Source: a virus. Taken from it: 42,008 bases of DNA. The notes under the pieces were generated by a model. That model was not told the DNA's origin and ran no database searches. It saw nothing but the letters and a program-made list of their open reading frames with translations. The translations under genes were made by a program, and so were the position numbers. Of the stretch, positions 32,974 to 39,764 are shown in pieces. Each line of letters opens with the position of its first letter. Within the stretch, counting starts at the first letter, position 1. The DNA lies in IMG/VR virus record IMGVR_UViG_3300045988_028709, positions 1 through 42,008 of that record. One strand, written 5' to 3'.

Positions 32974-33547
32974 AAAGTTCCTCCATCCTCGGCCAATGTC
33001 CTGTTTTCAGACATTTCGCCAAATACCGCAGCCGCGGCAAATATGCGTCTCTCACCCACTGAGCGTCATACCGGACTTCGTGGTGTGATAGCCGTCTGCT
33101 ATCTACTGGTAAAAAGTAGTTCTGCATTTCGGCATCCGTCAGTTGGTACGCCACGATGTAACACGTTTTCCGCTTTCTCCAGAATCCGTAACCGCTGGCA
33201 AACATCTCCACTTGGCATTGTTGCCAATATGCCTTGCTGACTTTAAACCCCGGCTTACTGTGTGTCTTGACCTCTATAATCGTCCTTGGAAATTCACCGT
33301 CATAGTTCACCCGCAGGCGCAGCCGCGGAATGCGTATCTGCCTGTCCATCTTCGGGACGAAAATGTGCTCCAAAATCCGGTGTTCATAAGCTGTCCCCGC
33401 CTGCATAGCGGGGGTATGGAATCGGTTTTCCCGTAATCCCAGCTTCTCCAGCCACCACTTCCGGAAGGTCTCTGTCGCCCAGTTCCCCATGATGGTTGAG
33501 GTGTCCGACGCTCCAAACCAGCCGCTCCGCTCATGGTTGTGGATCAT
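32960..33547 (-). CDS. YqaJ-like (lambda Exo-type, PD-(D/E)XK) recombination exonuclease
   Basis: 195 aa. GASDTSTIMG.., ..G.AYEHRILE.., ..IIEVKTH.. motifs. ATGA overlap with the SSAP gene. Confidence 0.75.
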   Translation of the reverse strand: MIHNHERSGWFGASDTSTIMGNWATETFRKWWLEKLGLRENRFHTPAMQAGTAYEHRILEHIFVPKMDRQIRIPRLRLRVNYDGEFPRTIIEVKTHSKPGFKVSKAYWQQCQVEMFASGYGFWRKRKTCYIVAYQLTDAEMQNYFLPVDSRRLSHHEVRYDAQWVRDAYLPRLRYLAKCLKTGHWPRMEELYGAG

Positions 33548-34191
33548 AACCGGCTCACTGCCTTTTCAAATTTATCAATCGTGGAGAAATAGCCCATCAA
33601 CTTCTTCAGCTCTCTATCCCCGATTCCGATACCACGCAGCAGATCGCTGTGGTCAAGCCCGTTTTGCTCCTTCACGGTAATCAGCCGTTCGATCCGCTCT
33701 TTGATCGCCCAAATATTGTGACGGCTCAAATCGTCCTCGCCATCGTCAGCGTCCGATTCTGCCCACAGGTCAAATCCTAATCCGGTGCGGATGGCAACGC
33801 CCTTGACAAACGCCCGCGCCAGCGCATTGTTAATCCGCAGCTGGTTCAGAGTGTCAGTGTAAACCACCAGGGATCCATTCAGCAGCGGCGTATCGTATAC
33901 AAATTCCAAATCGTCAATGTGGATCAACACCCGCACAAACCAGCATTCCGTATCCCGCCCTTTGCTGGTGGACACTTTTGCTTGGGGCCAAAGATAAGTG
34001 TGAGTGGTTGGACACTCCACCGGCGCATACCACACATCATTTGCTCCGTTTTCGTGCAGCAGCTTCACACATTTGCCCCAGCTCAAATACGGGACTTTGA
34101 TTGTCTTCCCGTTTTCGTCTTTGGCATCCCGCGTATCGCATTGTGGACGCACATCGATTTTAATTAACTCGTTAAATGATTTCAGTGCCAT
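33544..34191 (-). CDS. Rad52-family single-strand annealing protein (Sak/DUF1071-like)
   Basis: Start at MALKSFNE (34191), 7 nt after AGGAGG. ..VPYLSWGKCVKLLHENG.. and an acidic C-terminal tail. Paired with the exonuclease. Confidence 0.65.
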   Translation of the reverse strand: MALKSFNELIKIDVRPQCDTRDAKDENGKTIKVPYLSWGKCVKLLHENGANDVWYAPVECPTTHTYLWPQAKVSTSKGRDTECWFVRVLIHIDDLEFVYDTPLLNGSLVVYTDTLNQLRINNALARAFVKGVAIRTGLGFDLWAESDADDGEDDLSRHNIWAIKERIERLITVKEQNGLDHSDLLRGIGIGDRELKKLMGYFSTIDKFEKAVSRL

Positions 34192-34399
34192 TTTCTTTCC
34201 TCCTGTATCTCGCAAACCGCACGGTCTCGCCGTAGCGGTTCTTCTGTGTGACCGTCTCCACGTCCAGCGCCACGCCGTCCCGCCGCAAGTCGGAGACCCG
34301 CGCCGTGAAATTGGCGATGCCGCACTCGCTCATGGCCTCGGCCCGTGTGATACTGCCGTGTTCATCCAGATACTTCAAGATCCGCTCACACTGGTTCAT
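34172..34399 (-). CDS. Winged-helix DNA-binding protein
   Basis: Start at MNQCERILKYLDEHGSITRAEAM (34399), 6 nt after GGAGG. 75 aa. Confidence 0.6.
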   Translation of the reverse strand: MNQCERILKYLDEHGSITRAEAMSECGIANFTARVSDLRRDGVALDVETVTQKNRYGETVRFARYRRKENGTEII

Positions 34400-34400
34400 A

Positions 34401-34604
34401 TCAGTCCTCCGGGATGTCGATGATTGCGATCCCCATGGCCCGTGCCACGGCTTCCGGATCGCTGTCAACTTCATCCTTGAGCCAATCCTTCGCGCACTCC
34501 GGGCAGTAGCACTCTCCGTTGATCAAAAACCCCGGAGCCACATCGTCAAACGCATTGGGGTTCATGACGATGGAACATCTCGCGCACACCGGATAGATCT
34601 TCAT
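34401..34604 (-). CDS. Zn-ribbon hypothetical protein
   Basis: Start at MKIYPVCARC (34604, ATGA overlap). CxxC...CPEC. Confidence 0.5.
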   Translation of the reverse strand: MKIYPVCARCSIVMNPNAFDDVAPGFLINGECYCPECAKDWLKDEVDSDPEAVARAMGIAIIDIPED

Positions 34605-34801
34605 TTCCACGCATCTCCTCTCTTCCACGCTTTCGTGGCGTTGGATTGCTGGGCGTAACCCGCTGTGATGGCGCCGCAGGTGGAACACCGTACATAGTGC
34701 TTAAACGGTGCGTCCGTGGACTGCACACGCTCACCGCTGTCCATGCCACACACCGGGCAGAGATCCAGCGGATGACGCTCATGCCGGTTCTTTCTGTTCA
34801 T
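34601..34801 (-). CDS. Lar-family-like Zn-ribbon protein (possible restriction alleviation)
   Basis: Start at MNRKNRHE (34801). CPVCG....V..C..CG......A..AWKRG follows the Lar-family pattern. Confidence 0.5.
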   Translation of the reverse strand: MNRKNRHERHPLDLCPVCGMDSGERVQSTDAPFKHYVRCSTCGAITAGYAQQSNATKAWKRGDAWK

Positions 34802-34923
34802 CGCGCGCTCACCACCATATACGCAATGGTGATCAGCAGCAGGGCCAGAAAACTCATGAAGCCCATCCATGCGGAGGCATCCGCCTTCCGCTGCTCTCTG
34901 GTGCGCCGATCATGCTTTCTCAT
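34798..34923 (-). CDS. 41-aa single-TM micro-protein
   Basis: My own translation: MRKHDRRTREQRKADASAWMGFMSFLALLLITIAYMVVSAR. AGGAGG 8 nt upstream. Its stop overlaps the next ATG. Confidence 0.45.
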   Translation of the reverse strand: MRKHDRRTREQRKADASAWMGFMSFLALLLITIAYMVVSAR

Positions 34924-35017
34924 GCGGGTCCCCTCCTTCAATCAGGTCAACGATTTTGAATACCCAAGTGGCCGCATACGCCACGCCCAGGTTCATAAAA
35001 AACAGGTTCCAGCTCAT
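34910..35017 (-). CDS. 35-aa hydrophobic micro-protein
   Basis: My own translation: MSWNLFFMNLGVAYAATWVFKIVDLIEGGDPHEKA. AGGAGG upstream. Its ATG overlaps the upstream stop. Confidence 0.4.
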   Translation of the reverse strand: MSWNLFFMNLGVAYAATWVFKIVDLIEGGDPHEKA

Positions 35018-35127
35018 TTCTTCTGCTCCTCCTGCTTACCCTCTTCCTTCGGCACAAACCGCACAGAAACGATCTCCAAATGGTTTTGCCGCGCCCAAAG
35101 CATCAAAGCCACTTCTTCAAATGTCAT
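35014..35127 (-). CDS. 37-aa micro-protein
   Basis: My own translation: MTFEEVALMLWARQNHLEIVSVRFVPKEEGKQEEQKK. GGAGGT 7 nt before the ATG at 35127. Confidence 0.4.
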   Translation of the reverse strand: MTFEEVALMLWARQNHLEIVSVRFVPKEEGKQEEQKK

Positions 35128-35185
35128 GTTTTTTACCTCCATTTCGTACTGGAAATAAATTCCCACATTCGGCAAAAATTATGAT

Positions 35186-35214
35186 TTGCAATTCGGCGGT
35201 TCCTGTGCTATACT
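35186..35214 (+). promoter_or_regulatory. Near-consensus sigma-70-type promoter facing against the early operon
   Basis: TTGCAA (35186-35191), exactly 17 nt, then TATACT (35209-35214) with an upstream TG (35206-35207) extended -10. Confidence 0.5.
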
Positions 35215-35220
35215 CAGCAC

Positions 35221-35286
35221 AAGAACAACTCCCTTTGTTCTGCTTACGCTCCGCCCGGTCTGCAACACCGGACGGGGCATTTTTTC
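35221..35286 (+). ncRNA. Candidate ~65-nt antisense sRNA (promoter-hairpin-terminator unit)
   Basis: Hairpin AGAACAA/TTGTTCT (35222-35241), then the terminator hairpin at 35248-35278 and a U-run. No ORF. Lies opposite the 163-nt spacer of the early - strand operon. Confidence 0.4.
35248..35285 (+). terminator. Rho-independent terminator (+ strand)
   Basis: GCUCCGCCCGGU (35248-35259) pairs with ACCGGACGGGGC (35267-35278) with one C.A mismatch, followed by A-TTTTTT (35280-35285). Confidence 0.55.
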
Positions 35287-35290
35287 GCGT

Positions 35291-35488
35291 TCATTTGTCC
35301 TCCTTCGGGATCAGCCGTGCCGGAGGAACGTTCAGCACCTTCGCCATTTCCATCACCACGTCCAACCGGGGCCATCCGCCGTTCTTCCAGTTGGTCACGT
35401 TGCTCTTGCTCATCCCCAGCGCCAGACACACCGCCGACGGGCTGGTGTGCTTTTTCTTGCATACTGCCTTCATGTGCTCGTAAAACAC
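35291..35488 (-). CDS. Cro-like XRE HTH protein, first gene of the early - strand operon
   Basis: 65 aa. SPSAVCLALGMSKSNVTNWKNGGWPRLDVVMEMAKVLNV is an XRE HTH. GTG start 9 nt after AAGGAG. Confidence 0.75.
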   Translation of the reverse strand: MFYEHMKAVCKKKHTSPSAVCLALGMSKSNVTNWKNGGWPRLDVVMEMAKVLNVPPARLIPKEDK

Positions 35489-35557
35489 GCTTTCTGTCTC
35501 CTTTCTCGTTTACTTTTTGGAACTTTTGCGGTATCCTGTCGGAAAAGGGGGGTTATT

Positions 35558-35899
35558 ATGACCACACTTTCCGATCACGCCCATACCATACTGGAATACA
35601 TCGCCGCGCACCCACGCTCCGCAGAAACAGATATCCTGTCCGCCCTGCAGAAAACTTACGATTTAACGCTGTCCCGCTATCTGCTGATGTACCTGTCAGG
35701 CTCCGGGCTTCTGTCCGCATCCTCTGGCCGCTATAAGCTCACCCCAAAGGGAACCGAAGCCTTACAGCAAACGCGCGATGATGCCGCCCGCTGCGCCAAT
35801 GAGAAAGCAGAGCGTAAGAAGGATCGCATTATAACGATTGTTCTTTCGATAGTAAGCGCAGTCATCAGCTCGCTTCTCACGCTCATCATCAAGCAGTGA
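35558..35899 (+). CDS. Membrane-anchored winged-helix (MarR-like) protein
   Basis: ATG at 35558. wHTH-like TILEYIAAHPRSAETDILSAL...GLLSASSGRYKLTPKG plus a C-terminal TM helix IITIVLSIVSAVISSLLTLII. Confidence 0.65.
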   Translation: MTTLSDHAHTILEYIAAHPRSAETDILSALQKTYDLTLSRYLLMYLSGSGLLSASSGRYKLTPKGTEALQQTRDDAARCANEKAERKKDRIITIVLSIVSAVISSLLTLIIKQ

Positions 35900-36070
35900 C
35901 AGTGTGTAAATCTGCTGCGCGGCTTCAAAGTCACTGGACGTATCCAGATACACCTGCCAGAAAAGCTGAAACCGTGCGGCATCCGCTGCGTTGTCTCCGC
36001 AAAGCCCTGTCTGCTTGGCCGCTTCGTATGCGTACCGCTTGCGAGGTCCCCACTCAATTCGTTCGTCCAT
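35762..36070 (-). CDS. 102-aa hypothetical protein with C-terminal TM helix, overlapping the convergent wHTH gene by 138 nt
   Basis: AGGAGG 5 nt before the ATG at 36070 (MDERIEWGPRKRY...). The last 46 codons are antisense to 35762-35899. Confidence 0.45.
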   Translation of the reverse strand: MDERIEWGPRKRYAYEAAKQTGLCGDNAADAARFQLFWQVYLDTSSDFEAAQQIYTLSLLDDEREKRADDCAYYRKNNRYNAILLTLCFLIGAAGGIIARLL

Positions 36071-36094
36071 CCCGTCCTCCTTTCGCAAAAGTCC

Positions 36095-36123
36095 TTGACA
36101 GTTCCCCGGAAAGTACTTATAAT
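36095..36123 (+). promoter_or_regulatory. Consensus sigma-70 promoter reading towards the CI-like repressor gene
   Basis: TTGACA (36095-36100), 17 nt, TATAAT (36118-36123). Both hexamers match the consensus perfectly. Confidence 0.6.
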
Positions 36124-36230
36124 GAAAGTACCACCAAACAGAATAAGTACTTGAAGGGGTATGTCCATGCTTGTATCTTAGCACTTGTTAGGGTACTTTA
36201 CAAGCAGAATTTCACCCAGTCGAGTACTTT
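36111..36230. promoter_or_regulatory. Five copies of a GTAC-core motif (AAGTACTT-like), putative operators
   Basis: AAGTACTT at 36111-36118 (overlapping the spacer and -10) and at 36145-36152. AAGTACC at 36126-36132, GGTACTTT at 36192-36199 and AGTACTTT at 36223-36230. All lie in the divergent intergenic region. Confidence 0.45.
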
Positions 36231-36260
36231 TGTGGTCATGCACAAAACGGGGGTGGGATT

Positions 36261-36608
36261 TTGTCCACTTTATACGAAAATATCAAATCCCTTTGCGATG
36301 ATCGAGGAATCAAGCCTGGGAAAATGTGCGTTGAAACTCAGATCAGCAAGGGGCTGATTACCGATTTAAAAATGGGGCGGAAGAAAACCGTTCATGCCGA
36401 AACCGCAAAAAAAATCGCCGATTACTTCGGCGTATCGGTGGAGCGGGTCCTCACCGGGGAAAAAGAAAACGCCCCCGGCCCGCAGGCCGAGAGCGTGAAC
36501 GAAAAACTGCTTATTGATTTGTTCCGCCAGCTTTCGCCGGAGCGTCAGCAGGAAGAGCTTGCGTATTTAACGCAGGCAGCGAAGCGCGGAGCCGTTCAAG
36601 ATATGTAA
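36261..36608 (+). CDS. CI-like XRE-family repressor
   Basis: 115 aa, TTG start after GGGGGTGGG. N-terminal HTH LYENIKSLCDDRGIKPGKMCVETQISKGLITDLKMGRK and a C-terminal LLIDLFRQLSPERQQEELAYL tail. Confidence 0.75.
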   Translation: MSTLYENIKSLCDDRGIKPGKMCVETQISKGLITDLKMGRKKTVHAETAKKIADYFGVSVERVLTGEKENAPGPQAESVNEKLLIDLFRQLSPERQQEELAYLTQAAKRGAVQDM

Positions 36609-36672
36609 GCTGCTCCTCCGGCGTCATCTGCCGGTATAGCGTGAGCAACTGCCTGACCCTTTCCTCGTCCAT
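36511..36672 (-). CDS. 53-aa protein convergent with, and overlapping by 98 nt, the repressor gene
   Basis: AAGGAG 8 nt before the ATG at 36672 (MDEERVRQLLTLYRQMTPEEQLTYLERL...). TTGAAA-17-TATGCT promoter-like hexamers lie upstream on the - strand. Confidence 0.45.
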   Translation of the reverse strand: MDEERVRQLLTLYRQMTPEEQLTYLERLRASLPALNTQALPADAPAKAGGTNQ

Positions 36673-36794
36673 GTTCCGCGCTCCTTTCGTTCGTACATTC
36701 GTTCGATTCATGCTGTTAGCATATCACGTTCCATTTCAAGTTTCAACCCAAATTTATAGGTGGCTAAAATATTGTTGCACGGGGGTAGATATGA

Positions 36795-37721
36795 ATGAAT
36801 GTGGGACAATTTGTTGTGGCGTTTCTATCTGATCTGCTCGTTACCGTCTTTGCGTATGGATTGGGTCCTATTATCCTGCTAAAGCTTCACAAAGGGCCTA
36901 TTTCTATCAAAAAGCTAAAATGGTTCCATATTATCTACACAATTATAATTTCTTTTTCTTTTAACGTCATCTTGCTTTTGCTGGAGCTTAGACCAGTCAG
37001 CAATTTTACCCCCGCTTTAATTTGGGGAACGGTTTTCTACCGATTCAACAAAAAGAAATTCGCCCAGCGGGAAAAAGCCATTCCGCCCGAAACCTACACC
37101 CAGCAGGAAGCCCAAATGAAGCAGTTTGTTGTGGACGATGCCACCGGCGAGGTCATCAGCGAACCGCCTGCCGAAGAACCAAAGCCAATAACCCTGGAAT
37201 ACCATCCCGATTTCCGGCTGCAAGGCCCGCCAGAAGATCCGAAGCCGCCGGTGGAATCCCCGGACCTTACCCAGAAGCCCGCCGGGAAGTCCTATGCCCC
37301 GCTGTGCATTATCCTCGGTATCCTTCTTGCCGCCAGTTTTGCTGGGAATGTGGTTCAAAGCTATATGTCTGTAAACAAATTGGAAGAAATGACTTTCATG
37401 CAGGATAAATTGCAGGCAGAAGTGAATTCTCTGCGGAGCCGGGTTTCCTCTCTAAGAAAAGAAAAAGACCAGCTGAATGAACAGTTGTCAAACGTGCAAT
37501 ATGGGTCTGATATTCAAGATGGAATCATAGACCAGATTGCTCCGGAAGCCTTCGCCATGGAAACTTATATCGGATTCATCTATGATGGTTCTCAGTACTG
37601 CCATAGCTATAACTGCCCGAACTTCCCGTTTGAAGATTGTGCTGATAATGGGTTTTACGCACACAACGTAGAATATTGTGAATGGCTTGGATACCCAAAG
37701 CATTCCGGATGCTGGGATTGA
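36795..37721 (+). CDS. Multi-TM membrane protein with Pro-rich linker, coiled coil and Cys/His-rich C-terminus (moron; possible superinfection exclusion/abortive-infection function)
   Basis: 308 aa. Visibly more AT-rich than the rest of the genome. N-terminal TM helices, a PPEDPKPPVESP linker, a fourth TM, a heptad region, and a C-terminal CHSYNCP...C....H...C....H.GC. Confidence 0.7.
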   Translation: MNVGQFVVAFLSDLLVTVFAYGLGPIILLKLHKGPISIKKLKWFHIIYTIIISFSFNVILLLLELRPVSNFTPALIWGTVFYRFNKKKFAQREKAIPPETYTQQEAQMKQFVVDDATGEVISEPPAEEPKPITLEYHPDFRLQGPPEDPKPPVESPDLTQKPAGKSYAPLCIILGILLAASFAGNVVQSYMSVNKLEEMTFMQDKLQAEVNSLRSRVSSLRKEKDQLNEQLSNVQYGSDIQDGIIDQIAPEAFAMETYIGFIYDGSQYCHSYNCPNFPFEDCADNGFYAHNVEYCEWLGYPKHSGCWD

Positions 37722-37926
37722 TTTCATCCCCCCCGCCCCGCCGCCTCTGCAACAAGCGGCGGAGCCGGGGGCAGCAAGCTGGGGTGGGCTTGCCGTGATG
37801 TAAGCGTAGCAGAAAAAGGTTGGGCAGCGCAATGGCCAAATGTGGGAAACGGGCAGTATGCTACCGAACGAAATTGTGTACTATCGCTGCCCATATCTTA
37901 CAAACTTAATATAGGAGGCCGATTTT

Positions 37927-38361
37927 TTGACGATCCAAGACATATGCCGCGAAAAAAGAGCCGCCCTCAACATGACGGCTCAGGACATTGCCGATGCTTC
38001 CGGCGTCCCCCTCTCCACCGTTAATAATTTCTTCGCCCATGCGTCCAAATCCCCGGCCCTTTATACCACAGCTGGTATCTGTGCGGCGCTGGGGGTGTCT
38101 TTGGACGCATTTTTTGGTATTGGCGATCACTGTACCGCCACGGAAGAAACCTTGCAGGCGGAAAAGGACGGGCTGAAACACCGCCTTGAAAATAAGCGGC
38201 AGACCATTGACGTGCAAAACCATACCATTCACGTCATGGAAAAGGGCCTGCGGATTCGGAACTGCGTGATTCTGGTTATGGGCATAGCAATCGTCCTGCT
38301 GCTGTGCTGGTGCGTATTTATGGATATGCACGCTTTGAATATCGGTTTTTGGAGGAGATAA
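37927..38361 (+). CDS. Membrane-anchored XRE HTH protein
   Basis: TTG start 7 nt after AGGAGG. HTH REKRAALNMTAQDIADASGVPLSTVNNFF, a coiled coil, and a C-terminal TM VILVMGIAIVLLLCWCVF. Confidence 0.7.
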   Translation: MTIQDICREKRAALNMTAQDIADASGVPLSTVNNFFAHASKSPALYTTAGICAALGVSLDAFFGIGDHCTATEETLQAEKDGLKHRLENKRQTIDVQNHTIHVMEKGLRIRNCVILVMGIAIVLLLCWCVFMDMHALNIGFWRR

Positions 38362-38363
38362 TA

Positions 38364-39689
38364 TTGAATGTCTTACGCGCAGCACTTTATCCGCGCGTCA
38401 GTACGGAAGAACAGGCGAAGTTTGGCCTTTCCATCCACGATCAGCAAAACGATCTGGAAGAATACGCCAAAGCAAACGGGATGAAAGTTGTCGGCATTTA
38501 CCCGGATGCCGGTTTTTCAGCCCGGAAGAAAATAGAAAAGCGCCCCGCCATGATGGAGCTGTTGGCTGCAGTCCAACGAGACGAAATTGACATTATTCTG
38601 GTCACAAAGCTGGACCGATGGTTCCGCAATATCGGCGAATATTATAAGGTGCAGGAGATCCTTGAAGCCCACAATGTGTGCTGGAAAACCATTTACGAGG
38701 ACTATGACACCTCCTCCGCCGCAGGCCGGTTAAAGATCAATATCATGCTGGCCGTAGCCCAGGACGAAGCAGACCGGACAGGGGAGCGGATCAAGAAGGT
38801 GCTGGACGCAAAGAAATCCCGAAACGAAGTCTGCACCGGCCATCTGCCGAAAGGATACAAGATCGACGGGAAATTTGCGGTGATCGACCGTGCAGCAGAG
38901 CCGGACGTCAAAACGTTTTTCAGTGTGTTTTTGGAAACAGGCTCCATCCACAATGCGATCTCCGCAGTCCCCAATTTGAAACTGCAATACCGCACCGCAA
39001 GCAAAATGCTGGACAATCGCGGCTATGTCGGAGAATGGCACGGTCTGTCGATCCCGCCATATTTAACCGCAGAAGAGTTTGACCGCGTCCAGACGCTACG
39101 CAGACGGCTTCAACGGAAGGTGGCCCAGAACCGAACGTATATCTTTTCCGGGCTGCTTGTATGCGGAGACTGTGGGCGAAGGATCGGCGGCAGGCCGCGC
39201 AAGCTCGTAAACGGCGAATCCTATGTGTACAGCTGCGACGGTGCCTATCAGTATAAGGGCTGCCCCAATCATGCAAATATTATGGAAGCCACGATTGAAC
39301 AGTATTTACTGGAAACAATTGACGCAAAGATTGAAATTTTTGCAAATACCAAAGACGAACCCAAACAGAATAGCAAAGAAATTGAGGAAAAAGCAAAATC
39401 TTTGCGAAAGAAGTTAGCAAAGCTTTCCGATCTGTATCTCGACGATCTGATCGCCAAAGATGAATACGCAAAACGCTATGCCGATCTGACAGCGCAGTTA
39501 GAATCTGCTGAATCATTGCTCCGCAAACCTCCCGCAAAATCCGCGAAAGACCTTTCCGAGGCATTCTTTTCCGGATGGCAGGATATTTATAAAGAACTTA
39601 GCAGAGAAAACAAAAAAGTGTTCTGGAAACTAAAGCTAAAAGAAATCCGGCTGTACCAAGATCGCCGGATAGACTTCGATTTCCTTTAA
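38364..39689 (+). CDS. Large serine recombinase (integrase)
   Basis: TTG at 38364, 6 nt after GGAGGAG. Catalytic YPRVSTEEQ, resolvase-type core, recombinase domain, Zn-ribbon CGDCGRR..YVYSCDG..YKGCPN and a C-terminal coiled coil. Confidence 0.9.
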   Translation: MNVLRAALYPRVSTEEQAKFGLSIHDQQNDLEEYAKANGMKVVGIYPDAGFSARKKIEKRPAMMELLAAVQRDEIDIILVTKLDRWFRNIGEYYKVQEILEAHNVCWKTIYEDYDTSSAAGRLKINIMLAVAQDEADRTGERIKKVLDAKKSRNEVCTGHLPKGYKIDGKFAVIDRAAEPDVKTFFSVFLETGSIHNAISAVPNLKLQYRTASKMLDNRGYVGEWHGLSIPPYLTAEEFDRVQTLRRRLQRKVAQNRTYIFSGLLVCGDCGRRIGGRPRKLVNGESYVYSCDGAYQYKGCPNHANIMEATIEQYLLETIDAKIEIFANTKDEPKQNSKEIEEKAKSLRKKLAKLSDLYLDDLIAKDEYAKRYADLTAQLESAESLLRKPPAKSAKDLSEAFFSGWQDIYKELSRENKKVFWKLKLKEIRLYQDRRIDFDFL

Positions 39690-39733
39690 TTCCATAGTTG
39701 CACCTAACCAAATGGTTAATGTAATCTATGGAA
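39690..39733. other. Candidate attP: 44-bp imperfect dyad centred on AA at 39711/39712
   Basis: TTCCATAG (39690-39697) and CTATGGAA (39726-39733) are inverted, and the inner TAACCA/TGGTTA arms (39705-39710 / 39713-39718) share the same centre. 15 of 22 positions are symmetric. Starts right after the integrase stop. Confidence 0.4.
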
Positions 39734-39734
39734 C

Positions 39735-39759
39735 GCCCCCGCCCATTGTAGGCGGGGGC
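39735..39759. terminator. GC-rich hairpin between the convergent integrase and cassette genes (terminator-like)
   Basis: GCCCCCGCC (39735-39743) pairs perfectly with GGCGGGGGC (39751-39759) around a 7-nt loop. ATAATTTATT follows on the + strand. No clean U-run on the - strand. Confidence 0.5.
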
Positions 39760-39764
39760 ATAAT

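Noticed and set aside
35186-35899. 237-aa + strand ORF starting at 35186
   Set aside because: Its upstream two-thirds run antisense through the Cro-like gene and the sRNA unit and look non-coding. Only the part from the ATG at 35558, which has an RBS and a wHTH domain, is credible.
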